A stretch of DNA of 63,999 nucleotides, filler included, from Folioceros fuciformis (lineage: Eukaryota), in the NCBI GenBank assembly GCA_049999805.1. It is 10 parts of 10 records of this genome, joined end to end, with 100 filler letters (N's around TTAATTAATTAA, not from the genome) between each part and the next. Parts side by side here need not be neighbours in the genome. Positions count along the whole stretch, not along the records: positions 46,036 to 54,480 come from JBNGIO010001614.1; positions 54,581 to 60,034 come from JBNGIO010001615.1; 8 more parts are not named here. One strand, given 5' to 3'. The position numbers and the translations under genes were made by a program. Of this stretch, positions 47,229-60,034 are shown piece after piece. The notes beneath the pieces were generated by a model that worked only from the letters and a program-made list of their open reading frames with translations, was not told the origin of the DNA and searched no databases. Each line of letters begins with the position of its first letter. The stretch's first letter is position 1.

Positions 47229-48935
47229 ATGGCGGCCTCAGCTTTCACCCGGATGCTCCTCTTGCTGCTGCTCTCCTCGTCCCTGCTCGCCATTGCGGGC
47301 AGAGTGCTGCAGGAGCCCCAGCAATCTCAGGAAGTAGGTGCTGAGGTTGAGGAGGTTCTGGAAGGCGAGGATCTGGAGGATGAAATTTTTGACGAGAGCC
47401 TCGTGCCCGAGCACCGGTACGGTCCTGGGCTTCTCTACAGGCCTTGCCTTTGAGTGCATTGCTTCTTAAGAGCCTTGCCTGTGCGTGCATTGCTGCTTCT
47501 CTGAGCTGAATGTAGAGTCTTGTTTGTCTGCGTTTGCAAGAGGCTTGCTGTTTTCTTTGCTTCCCCCTCTGCTCCTCATTTGGGGGTGAAAATGCTGCTG
47601 CAGCAACTCCACCTCGTTAAGGCGGGAGCTGGGGGGATCTTGCAAGACCGGCAACCCCATCGACGACTGCTGGAGGTGCAACAACTGGAGGAAGCACCGT
47701 AAGCAGCTGGCTCACTGCGCCATCGGCTACGGCAGCAAAACCAGGGGCGGCTCCAGGGGCAAGTACTACGTCGTAACCGACTCCAGCGATGACAGCCCCG
47801 CCAATCCCAAGTACGGCACCCTGCGATGGGGCGTCACCCGCAATGCGCCTTTGTGGATCGTCTTTGCCAGGGACATGACCATCAAGCTCTCCATTGAGCT
47901 CATCGTGAATAGCTACAAGACCATCGACGGACGAGGAGTGCACGTTCAGGTCGCTGGTGGAGCCTGCTTCACCATCCAGGATGTGAAGCACGTTATCATT
48001 GAGTCCATCAGCATCTACAACTGCAAGTCCGCTGGACCGGGCGTGGTCATGAGCAACGAGAATCACGTTGGCCACAGGCAAACCTCCGATGGAGACGGTG
48101 TTTCCATCTTCACTGGCACCAACATCTGGGTTGATCATTGCTACGTTTCCAGTTGCGCGGACGGCCTCATCGACGCTATTCACACCTCGTCGTACATTTC
48201 CATCACTAACAATCATTTCGAGAATCACGACAAGGTGGGAGTGCGCACTCTTGTCATGGCGCGCTCCTGTTCCAACTACGGCCTGCTCCTTTTCCTGAAA
48301 CGTTTTCTTCCGTCTCTTCGCAGGTCATGCTTCTAGGACACAATGACGACTACTCTGCGGATAAAGCCATGCGTGTCACAGTTGCTTACAACAAATTTGG
48401 ATCTGGTTTGGGACAGAGAATGCCAAGGTCAGTCACTGGTCACTCTGGCCTCGCCTCACTTCTGCCGCCTGTCTCTTGGCAACCTGCTCACCATTAAGAG
48501 TTTGTTGAACAGAGTCCGCTTTGGAGTGGTCCAAGTGCTCAACAATGACTACACCTCAGGCTGGGCAGTCTATGCAGTTGGAGGCAGCGCAGATCCCACT
48601 ATCTATAGCGAAGGCAACATTTACGCTGCAGGGTCTGTGAAGGAGGTGAGAAGCGTCCTCGTGAATGCACCATGAGGTGCCCGAACTTGACGCAGTCCAC
48701 GTCCCTGGATTTCCACCTCACCTTGACTGTCGAATGTTGGTTTTCCCAGGTCACAAAGCGAGACGCGAGCGGAGGCTGGAGCAGTTGGGTATGGAGCAGC
48801 ACCGGTGACGAATTCCGGAATGGTGCTTACTTCGTTGAGTCCGGTGGTTCTCGTTCCACTGCTGCAGTGACGGGCGCTAGTGCCCTCCCTGCTGCCCGTG
48901 TACCGGCCATCACCGCCTACGCGGGACCCTTCTGA
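47229..48935 (+). CDS. Pectate lyase (PL1), exons 47229-47416, 47604-48234, 48324-48427, 48513-48645, 48750-48935
   Basis: Signal peptide; [51 protein letters not shown] and QRMPRVRFG motifs; in-frame splice sites. Confidence 0.96.
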
Positions 48936-49772
48936 AGGTATTCGACGTGAAAGGCTGGTTCCTCCATAACCTCGTTCCAGACCACCTGTGGGTAACACAT
49001 GCGCAGGTTGTACACTAAGCAAGCAAGTTTCAACAAAGGTTTTCCATGGAATCAGAGGGACCACTGAGTCGGAGAAGGCGGTGGGAGATGGTGGCTGGAC
49101 GAAGTAGCCGCACTTGTTTCGGTGCCAAAGGCTCTGGTCCAGGTGGTTCTTGTACACTAACTTCTGCTCATACCATTGCTCCTCTCTTGGCAAAGATTTG
49201 GATTGTAGATAACAGTACAATTTGAGCCTGTGACCTTTGTATTGAGGGACACAAGAGCTTATTTAGCAAGCAACCTCGCACTTGAGCTCTGGCAGCTATT
49301 TACTGCAGCCAGTGTGAGAGCCAGTGCTGATGCGTTGGTAGTAGGGTACAGTTTCTAGTATGTGATACACCTTGGACACGCTTCGTTGCATGCGAGCGCA
49401 AGATCTTGGTTACTGGATGTTGTTGAAACTGTTTCGTGGCAATAATAGGAGCACCACTCCCCCAGGTAGCCCCTACCCTGCGCTTGGGGAGGGACAACGA
49501 TTTATGAATCACTTTCTTTGCACTGGGACCCTCGCAACTACGATTCTGAATACACTTCCATGTCCAGTGTCAAACTTCTTCACCCTTCTGCCTTTACAGG
49601 CAGCTTCACAAGGTTTATTCATCTTCACAACTGTCCCATAGGACTCTACTGTGTACACCGGACCTTTCTCTACGAACAACAAACCGGCTCACGCCTGGCA
49701 CGCTCGGCTTAGCCTCCATCTCCAATCCTTCAACCAATGGGTTAGAGATTCCTCCTTCTAAACCTAAACAGC

Positions 49773-50111
49773 CTAATCGTTGGGAACTGCAACTCTTTCC
49801 TCCTGCCTTGTATCCTGCTGATTTTCCCGCTCAGTTCTCTCCTCATCGTTTTCCTCGCCCAGCTTGGGGGCGGGCAAGTTCACTAAGTCGGGAGGAAGCT
49901 CATTTTTCACTTCTTCCAACGCCTCGTGGTCCCACTTGTTCTCGACTGGAACCCCTGGAGAATCCTCAGTAGCAGCAACTGGTTCCGAGATTGGGCCTTG
50001 AACTTTGTCCGTGGCCATGGAATATTCTGTTGGTATTGGCGGCTCGGCGCCGGGTGGCAGCATACCACGGAGGCCCGACATGGCTGGTTTTACTCCAGTG
50101 TCTGTGGCACC
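49773..50111 (-). CDS. Possible terminal exon or small gene for an acidic, Pro-rich disordered protein
   Basis: Acceptor-like CATCCAG then an open frame GATDTGVKPAMSG...EENDEERTERENQQD...PND*; no family recognised. Confidence 0.3.
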   Translation of the reverse strand, partial: GATDTGVKPAMSGLRGMLPPGAEPPIPTEYSMATDKVQGPISEPVAATEDSPGVPVENKWDHEALEEVKNELPPDLVNLPAPKLGEENDEERTERENQQDTRQEERVAVPND

Positions 50112-50594
50112 CTGGATGCATACACAGGTCACAGCACTTTTCAGCCGGCAACAAGGAAAACCAAGAGACGATCAACTCTCGTCATCGAACCTTTCTTGAA
50201 TGAGCTGGCCAACAGACCCTTCCGGGCTAGCCCCTGAGACTGAGATGCCGTCACCTCTCGTCTCCAAGTTCTTCCTGGAGGACGTCTTATGAGGCGTGGC
50301 AGATTTCTCACGTGACGTGGAAGGCTGAACGGGAGTACTCTTGTGCCACCTACCCTACTTTCCTTGTTCGAAGTCGTTCATAATCTGCACTGAGTGACTA
50401 GACAACTCTCTGATACACGTCATGCTTCCTACAAACCTGCTGGGCATGCGGAAAGTTTGTGGTGGATGTGGCGTACGAAATAGGAACTAGAACAGGAGAC
50501 TGCACTTCGTTACTAGCAGACCATCAGCTACTGGAACTGCTTCGGCAGGAGCTGCAGTTTTGAAGACAACTCGGTACATTCCACGGCCTACAGT

Positions 50595-52041
50595 TCAGAG
50601 ACCACACTGGAAAGTTTTCTCTACAACAAAGGCAGACAATAACGAAGCATCTGCTGACCACAAAAACATGCCAGGGATGCCGCCATTCTGCTGATTAAGA
50701 ACCTCCAGAGCAGAGAAGAAATCCTGGCCCTGAAGACCTCTCCCTCCGATCTCTGTGCTGGTCAGCAATTTCTCTCGGGGGAAGGTCCTGGCAATCTTGT
50801 TGTAGCCATGGACATACATCTCGACAGTTGTGAACCCGGAACCATAAAACTGGTAGTTCACGTAGTCAACATATTTTCCATATGTCCGCAGCAGATGCTT
50901 GTACGGCACAATGCTCTGGATGTAAGGGGCCACTGTGACGAAGTTGATGGCGTTACTCTCCTTGAGCGTCTTGATGACTTCCCCGATGGCATACGGAAAC
51001 GTTGAGGACTGATTGAAGTTCTCGTAATCGATGTCGATGCCGTCCAAGTGATATGTTTTTGTGATGTTGGTGAGCGACTCCACTGCGTTCTTAACCCACA
51101 GCTTCAGGTCTTTGGGACTGTACCAGTACACGATCTGCGTGTAGTTCTCATTCACGTACTGGCTGTAGCCTGCCAGGCTGACAGTGACCTTCACTCCGGG
51201 ATTGGCAGCCTTGAACGCAGCAACATCATCAGGGGTGATGGTGCCCAACCAGTTTGGCCGGAAAATCCCATTCTGTACTCTGCCCTGGATGTCAGTATCC
51301 AACGCGAAGGAAAGAATGAACACCTGCTCCACAGTGTCACGGACTGGGATTTTCTTCAACGCAATGGGCATCCCCGTGGCTCCCAGATAATCTATCAGCA
51401 CCTTCTTTTTCCCCCAGTTCTTCACCGCCACCCTCTTTTTCTTGTCATTCCCTGGCACAGGTGCGGAAGCAGAAGAATGAGATTTCTGACAGGGGCCGAC
51501 GCAGATGGGCTGGCCAGGTTTGGGCAGGCTGGAGCAGTTCAAGTAGGGATTGAGGAAGGCAAAAGTGGACGATGAAAGGTGGAGGGCCTTGATGATGGAA
51601 GCACAAGTGTCCCCCACTTGAACGTTATACAGCTTCCCGCAGGTGCTTCTATCAGGGGGCAGCCCAACACACACAGATTCGCCCACGTACAGGTTGGTGC
51701 ACGCCAGGCTGGGATTGAGGTCGTAGAACTGCTGCAGTGTCAAGGCGAATTTCTGTGCTATCAAGTAACACAAATCCCCTTCCCCGACAGTGTAAAACTG
51801 GGTACAGCTGGATGGAGCACCTGCAACACAGATGTGGCATCAGATTCCCAGCTCACAGTAGGAATGTATGCTGAAGCTAGTGGGCGAGAGGTGCAACCTG
51901 CCATTTCTTTGTGCAACCACCACACTTACTTTGAGCATCTGCACCCGCTGGTGTTGTATGCAGCAGGGCAACCACCACTCCAAACAGCAACACCAATCTA
52001 GCAACTCCACTGACCCACTTTAGTTGGGTCCAGGTCTCCAT
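50595..52041 (-). CDS. Secreted 2xLysM-GH18 (class IIIb/narbonin-like) chitinase, exons 52041-51930 and 51820-50595 (445 aa)
   Basis: Signal peptide; Cys-flanked LysM1 CTQFYTVGEGDLCYLIA...LNPSLACTNLYVGESVCV; LysM2 CGKLYNVQVGDTCASI...LNPYLNCSSL..GQPICV; catalytic LDGIDIDYE; DYVNYQFY; FLWSAD. Confidence 0.93.
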
Positions 52042-52608
52042 TTCCTTCAATGACGAAGGCTTCCGTTGCAATCCAATAACCGGGAGGTTCTAGCTGCTTT
52101 CAAATACTTGCGAGAAGTGTCCTGCCGCGAGGCTTTATCGGGGGGATCTGGAATCTCTGTGGGAGACTAGTTTAATTGGTCTCTCTAGTTTAATTGCAAC
52201 TCTTATCTCGTGGACTCAACTGAGAGTTGTTAATTATTTGGAGGAAAGCGACGACCAATATTCAATCACTCCGTTTATTACTTCTTTCACCTCGAAGGTA
52301 CGAAGATTTGGGCGGCCGAATAGGAAATTGGTCGTCGTTTGTCTCACAGCTGGCCGGCAGTGCATTGGGTTCCCCGGCCCCCCTTATTACTCCAGGTGGC
52401 GGCCTTTAGACTCGCCAGTGCTGTTTTTCTCTGACGATTGTCTGTATTGGTGTACAACACATGGAGACCAAGGACAGACTTGACAAGGACCTGTTGGCAG
52501 GAAACCTGCTGCCTCGAATTCTAACGAGCAAACCACGTCGTGGCAGCAGAGTTGTCAGGGCTTGCGGCAACGTCGTTTGATTGTGTCTTACTTCGCAGGC
52601 AAAACACT

Positions 52609-53715
52609 ATGGCATTCAACCATCGATTGTTTGCAGGGACTATTCTGCTTTGGCTTACTCTAGGGGAAACATTTTCTCCAGCTTCAGGCCGACCTCAGGG
52701 CCTGTCCATCACATACTTCGACAGAGCGGGTAGGGAGCTTTGAGTGCTTGGGTTGATTGGGGCGATTAGGGTGGTTGGATTTCAGCCTTGGAGTGTAACC
52801 TTGTGTACATATCTGATGTTTTGCTTTCTGCCTGCAGTCGCCATCAACACAACCCAAGCAAAACCGGTGCTCGTGGAGTACGTCGGGGCAACAGGAGAGC
52901 CAGTGTACCTGGAGGATATTCCTGTCACAACCCCCGATGTGCCATACTACCTGCTTCTCAGCTTCGCCATTGATGCTCATCCGAACGGAACCTACGCTAA
53001 TGGTGTGTTTTCTGCGTACTGGACCGACACGCTGGTACCGGAATCCATCCTCGCCTTCAAGCGAAAGCATCCAAACGTGAAGGTGCTGGCCAGTCTGAGT
53101 GGGTGGAGCCTGTACATCAGCTCCAACAAGAGCAAGACGCTGGCTTGGTACGACCCCGAGAACCAGACGGAGTGGATCCAGAACGCATACTCCTCGCTCT
53201 CTGGCCTGGTTCAACAGTACGGGTTGGACGGTATCGACATCGACTACGAGAATTTCCCAAAAAACAACACCTTCTCCTACTGCATCGGTACAGTGATCAG
53301 CTTACTCAAGTCCAACGAGGTGATCAGCATCGCCAGCATCGCCCCGTTCAGCCTCACAAGCAAGCACTACTTGAAGCTGTATCAAGAATTCGGGTCGGTA
53401 TTCGATTTGGTGAACTACCAGTTCTACACAGACAGGGTGCCCAATGCCGCGGCCTTCGTGTCGATCTTCAATTCCACTGGCCAGCTGTGGGGGTTCGACA
53501 AATTGTCGGCCAGTTTTGCGATAAACGGGCCGGGCGTGAGTGGGGAAAATTTCTTCCTGGCGGTGCAGAGAATCCAACACTTCCTTTGGACTGGAAAGAA
53601 ACTGCTCGGCCCTAGCTTGATGATATGGTGTGTGGAGGATGGTGCAACTCAGGGATACAAATTTGAGAAACGAGCGCAAAGCTTTCTGCACAACATCACT
53701 GTCCAAACCTTTTGA
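52609..53715 (+). CDS. Secreted GH18 class IIIb chitinase without LysM, exons 52609-52729 and 52838-53715
   Basis: Signal peptide; EYVGA, LLSFAID, HPNVKVLASL, LDGIDIDYE and DLVNYQFY; phase-1 GT-AG intron keeps the frame. Confidence 0.92.
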
Positions 53716-53988
53716 TATTCAGATGCATGGCCACAAGATTTTGCAGAGGGGCGGACATGGCAGCTTCACGTGTTTTGTCCAAGGCTTTTCTGTTGTTTTC
53801 GCAGTGGTTGGAGCGCAGCATAAGTAATATATCTATTTCCATTTTCTTTACAATCGATACTATAAGACAAACCTGCTCACATTATCGGCAAGACGACACC
53901 GGGACGTTGGAGACAGAAAAGCCAACCCTCCACAACGGGCAGAGCGAATCTGATGCACCTCGGCAGAAGCATGGTTTCAGAAAATCTC

Positions 53989-54480
53989 TCAGTCGTCTGT
54001 GACGCAAACACCTATCTGGGTGAGCCTGCCCTGAGTAAGAGAAGTGACATCAGCTGCCCCGAAAAAGCCAACGATGTGGCCCTCGATTAGAGGAGACTGG
54101 AAATCGGTGCGAAGGGGATCAGGGTTGAAAGGATCTGGATCTCCACCCCAGACGTAGAAATTATTATTGGAGTCTGTGAAAGTGATGGAATCCAGGCCAG
54201 AGTCCGTGTAGGTCCCCCCGATCCGCCGAAATATAAGAGTATCCTGGGGGTTTTGCAAGTCGAACAGGAACTGCGAGCGCCAAGCCAACCGGGGATCGTC
54301 AGTCGGAATCACCATGAAATGCAAACCCCAAAAAATATGAGCTGCTCCGAGAGCCGTGACTTACAGTGAAATTTCTCGGGCCCTGGACTCCATGCTCTAC
54401 GCTGTAGAAGGACTGATCCGTGGATCCTGCCCGGAAATCGAAGTACTCCACGAGCAAGCCATTGACTTCCACGTCTGAAA
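53989..54480 (-). CDS. Jacalin-related lectin domain protein, 5'-truncated; exons <54480-54365 and 54270-53989
   Basis: VNGLLVEY...VEHG, RRIGGTY...LDSITFTDSN...VWGG and GHIVGFFGAA...LTQIGVCV match the jacalin beta-prism pattern; GTAAGT...CGCAG intron. Confidence 0.7.
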
Positions 54481-54580
54481 NNNNNNNNNNNNNNNNNNNN
54501 NNNNNNNNNNNNNNNNNNNNNNNNTTAATTAATTAANNNNNNNNNNNNNNNNNNNNNNNNNNNNNNNNNNNNNNNNNNNN

Positions 54581-54803
54581 ACAAGAGAGTGCAGGAAGGA
54601 AAGACTCCATCTGGCCCCGCCTCCAAAGTCTCCCCAACCCCGATCTCTCGCGTCCCCGTCACCAACCTTTGCTCATCCACCGGAATCCCTGCTAGAGCAT
54701 ACACTCGGGACTTCAAATCCTCGTCGGTTACACTCCTGCAAGGGACCTGCAAGCAACGAGTCTTGCCATCGAGGAATTTCACCAAGACCTGGTAGGCAGA
54801 CAT
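54581..54803 (-). CDS. SDE2: N-terminal ubiquitin-like domain, most likely splicing/replication-stress regulator SDE2; 3'-truncated
   Basis: MSAYQVLVKFLDGKTRCL...LKSRV..LAGIPVDEQRLVTG...CTLL; the diagnostic GGKGGFG would fall just beyond the contig edge. Confidence 0.6.
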
Positions 54804-56723
54804 GGCGACCCAAGGACGCAACCCGCTGTGTCAGATCGCGAATGCTCTGCCAACCCTAATTTTTTCGTGCGTCAACTGCGACTAGGTTGAGTCGAGTGTC
54901 GACAACACAGATCGCTGTGAGAGCTCTACTCCAGAAGGCACCAATAGCTAAAGACCGGCCAAAGCTCACCTATGTCTTTATATACGAAAGAGCGTGGCTC
55001 GTACTCTAATATTTTAGATGCATAAGCCTATATAAGTCTATTTTAAGCCTTACGACACCAAGCCGAAATAGCCACAAGCGAGACCCGAGACCCGAGACTA
55101 CCTATGCCTTGATGTAAGAAAGAACATCGATCCTAAACTATTATTTTAGATTCACATAAATGATATATATAGTATGAACAATCTCATAAAATAAAATATG
55201 CATGTGAAAGTATTCAATGTTTTAAATTAGGGTTAAATTATGGTTTTAAATTATCATTTCCTAGCTTTCAAGGAGAAACAGCTTCAATTTTCTTCTTTAG
55301 TTTAGTTAGATATGCTTTTATTGGAATGATAAGAGGGTTTTAATACTCTAAGTGTCTAATGATACATATAATCGATATAATTTCCCATTTTTAGTATTAC
55401 AGTTTTTTAATAATATATTAAATTTTTAAAAATTATTTATAAGATACTCTAAAAAAACAAAATCGAATTCAGAGATCAAGCCGGAAGTATTATAATATGC
55501 TTATTCAAAACCATGGACATGATATTTTAGGGTTTTAGGGTTTAAACCCTAAACCCTATTTATTAATATTCTCAAATATGCATTATATAAAATATATATA
55601 TTATAAATTAACAGTTTGAAGTTACAAGGTAAAGAATTATATTTATGTATTCAGAAAAATATGGCTATGGAATATGACTCGTATGTGGAAAGAGGAGAGA
55701 GAGAATAAATTGGTGTGATTTAATCGTAACCAAGATATGATATAGAGGTATAAATGTAGAATTTTGATGTACAACACATGTGGTGTATAGTGGGGTGAGC
55801 ATAGCTTGACATAGCATCGCAGGCGCTTGGCTCAGTGCCCTGCTGACAGACAGTCACACGCGACACTACAGCCAAGCCATCGTCCGAAGATGCCCGTGTC
55901 TGCTTTCAGGACGCTTTCACCGTACCATGGAAGCCCTGCTGGAATCTGCATTAACGGGGAACCAACCTACACCGTCCACGACCGTAACATCTATCCCGAC
56001 GCAATCAACCTGCCAGGAGGCAAACAAGCTGTATTCCATTACAACTGCCATCCTGCCCCACTCAACAATTCCAAATCCAGTGGGAACAACAACCAATACC
56101 TGCCCGAACTTGTCAACAAGCAAAGGCGGCGACTCACACTTTTCACTGTTACCAGCACCACCCACGCATTTGCAGTGCCCAACACAACTGGAGCATGGGA
56201 AACGTTTGCAGAGCCGGAATCCAATGTTCTTCATTCGTCTGCAGTATTAGACATACAATATAGCTACGCCGCGAAACCATCGAAACACGCTGACAACCCT
56301 ACAGAGAGCTACAGATCATGCCATTGCATACACCCTGAAGGGCAGATCAAGGTCGGATTGAACAAAGAAAAATGGCGCACTACCTGCAACCTACTCAAGC
56401 TTTTGGAACTGATGGGTAGGGGCACCCCTTACCACCAATCTGATCCCCTCTAGGGGCACATAATCACTTGACCACACTCTCCACGTACTCAACAGAGGGT
56501 GTGGTAAGCATCCAACACTGTCTGGCCAACATGACCTCGCAAAAAATTAACAGACCCCTTCATTCAGCTGACGGGAATACAATACAAACGACGTCTGAAG
56601 TGAAAGAGCCAAAGGCGGGAACAGCAACAGCTTATTGAAAGTAATCCCTCATCCAGATGCTGCACAATGATCCATGTACACCAGCACCGCAGCTCTCTGA
56701 TTGAACATCTCAGCTTAAAAAGG

Positions 56724-57695
<972 letters not shown>

Positions 57696-58338
57696 TCACC
57701 TCGGATCTGCTAACCTTCTGCCGCACCGCACAAAAAATTTGTCACTCGATCTCTTCTCCGCCGCCGCCGCCTCCCCTGCTTTACCTGGCTGCTGAGGTCG
57801 TCACAAGCGCCATGCCAGCCGCTGCGCTGCTTGAGAGTTCGATGCCTAGCTCCTGCTCCCGCGCTGAGAGAGAGAAAGTAGGCTAGACTCCCCGCACTAA
57901 AGTCCCCCGAATGAAATGAAAGCGAAGAATGATAGTTACAACGTATTTTGCCAGCTTTGAGGCCCGGGCGGCCCGGGTGCCTCCCGCTTCCATTGCACTG
58001 ACTCGCTAACAGCACCAATTATAAAAATCACTTTGCACCACGTATCAGTTCGTGACATGAGCCAGTTTTGAAACAGCATCTCGAAGCTTTTGCTCTCAGT
58101 AACTGCTTAAGGCATTTCGAAAATTTCGGGCACATGGTAAGCACGAGACAGTTGAGAAACAAAGGAATCTGGTGATACTAATGGGCAGCCTTCCTGCTCT
58201 AACGCCATAAGGTACACTAGATCAAAAGCTGCCTCTTCTCAAAGTATTGGAGACCAAAAACAAAAAAAAGGGAGAACGAATCCCAGTGCAACAACTCACT
58301 GCCGATCCACAAAAGGTGAACGCGGAGGACCTTGGGCA

Positions 58339-60034
58339 TCAACGATCGTAAGGTGCATACTGAGGTGACAGAGAGCGGTCCCGCTGCTGACCACGATACG
58401 GGGAGTATCGAGGAGACCTATCACGAGCTCTGGAGGAAGAATGATGGTCACCATGGTGTCGAGGGCGATTATCACGTCCAAAACCGCCATTCCCGCCTCC
58501 TCGTCTGTAAGACTGACTTCCTGCAGATACACGGCAAGTGCATCAGACAACGGAGATACAAAAAACGGGAAATCAGATTAGTGGGCTCAATGCTTCCTGC
58601 AGCATTGCGTTGAGCCTACCTCTTGCACCCAAGTACTGCCCGGGAGTAGGTGTGCGAGCACGTTGCCTCCGAGCCTGCATTGAGAAGCACGTTAGAAGAC
58701 GAGCTTGAACATTCCAAAAACTAGTACCAACCTCCAGGCTATGGCCCGCAATGTGAGGACAACAAAAAGCCTGCAAAGCCAAAGCAGCAAGTAGATAGGC
58801 AACCATACAACTTACTGTGTTACGCAAAAGCAGCAGCAGAATCATGGCAAACCCATTGGTGTGAAAGAATGTGCGGCAACATGGATGCAGGTTATCCAAA
58901 AGTGAGTGTGGCTCCTACACGGCATCGAAACCCAGGCAGCTTCCAACTCAACAAGGTCTAGATGCCTCTTGCCAAGAGCTGAATGCGAACTTGCAGACAT
59001 GGATGGCATGGGAATCAACATTCAGCCGCAGGGTGCTCGATTCGCTGCCGCAGGTCTCTCATTCATTAGCCTAGGAGTTTGACTCAGCTAGTCATACGTG
59101 ATGAACAAGCTGTGGTCAACAATTCACGTGGAGATGGCTGGCGTTTACTGAGTTTACAGCTGATCTGCAGCCCCTAGGACCTGGGCAGTGTGCCACCACG
59201 CGCGATGGGCCAGGCTGCGATGCAGTAGTTAAGGATAGGCATGTTGGTGGCGCAAAACAAGGCGCATTCTGGATGACCAAAGGGTCAACGATAGCATTAG
59301 CAATGACGAGGCCAAATTTTCTGAGATGGGATGGTAAATAGCCAGCATGAGTGCCGAGCTTGAATACTAATCCTTGAGATGCAGCCACGTTCCTCACACC
59401 ACCCAACAAGGCTTACCTTCTCTACCGTAATTGTTCGGCCTTCAAGAATTGATCGGTTGAGGTACTTGATACAGCGCTCAGCCTCATCCAAGTGCTTCAT
59501 AGTTACGAAGCCAAAGCCACACGATTCCTTGGTACGTGGATCTAGGATAAGCCGACATTCCAGAACCTGACACACAAAAGAGTGAGCACGAGTTAAACAC
59601 ATGTTGCCACGAGGAAATCGTCCAATTCTTTAAGCAGCACATGATCATCCTCGTCTTCCAACCTTTCCCTCCTGAGAAAAGTGGTCTTGAAGGAGTCTCT
59701 CATTGACGCGAGTCGACAGCCCTGTCACATACAGGTCATTACCAACGTTGGCAGCATCATCTCTTGTCTTCCCACGATCAGTTCCTCTTTCACTACCCCT
59801 TGCGCTTTCATCACCTCTGTCACTACTCCTGATGCTTACATCACCTCGGTCACTACCCTTGATGCTTCCATCACCTTTGTCACTACCCTTGGTGCTTCCA
59901 TCACCTCTGTCACTACCCCTGATGCTTCCATCGCCACTTCGATCACCACCCCTGATGCTTCCATCGCCACTTCGGTCACCACCTCTGTCGGCCCATCTGT
60001 CGCCACCTCTTTCACCACCTCTGTCGGCCCATCT
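58339..60034 (-). CDS. SR45a: SR45a/Tra2-like RRM splicing factor, 5'-truncated; exons <60034-59663, 59566-59417, 58674-58620, 58520-58339
   Basis: NVGNDLYVTGLSTRV...HFSQEGK, VLECRLILDPRTKESCGFGFVTM...AERCIKYLNRSILEGRTITVEK, ARRQRARTPTPGQYLG and RDRSPRYSPY; in-frame splice sites. Confidence 0.9.

Noticed and set aside
46599-47344. Overlapping ORFs with AE, RG, LC, PL and AS dipeptide runs
   Set aside because: Products of the (GCCTCT)10 microsatellite and GC-rich pectate lyase upstream region.
55827-56453. 208-aa + strand ORF
   Set aside because: Non-ATG start, no motif, several competing frames; cannot be supported as a gene.
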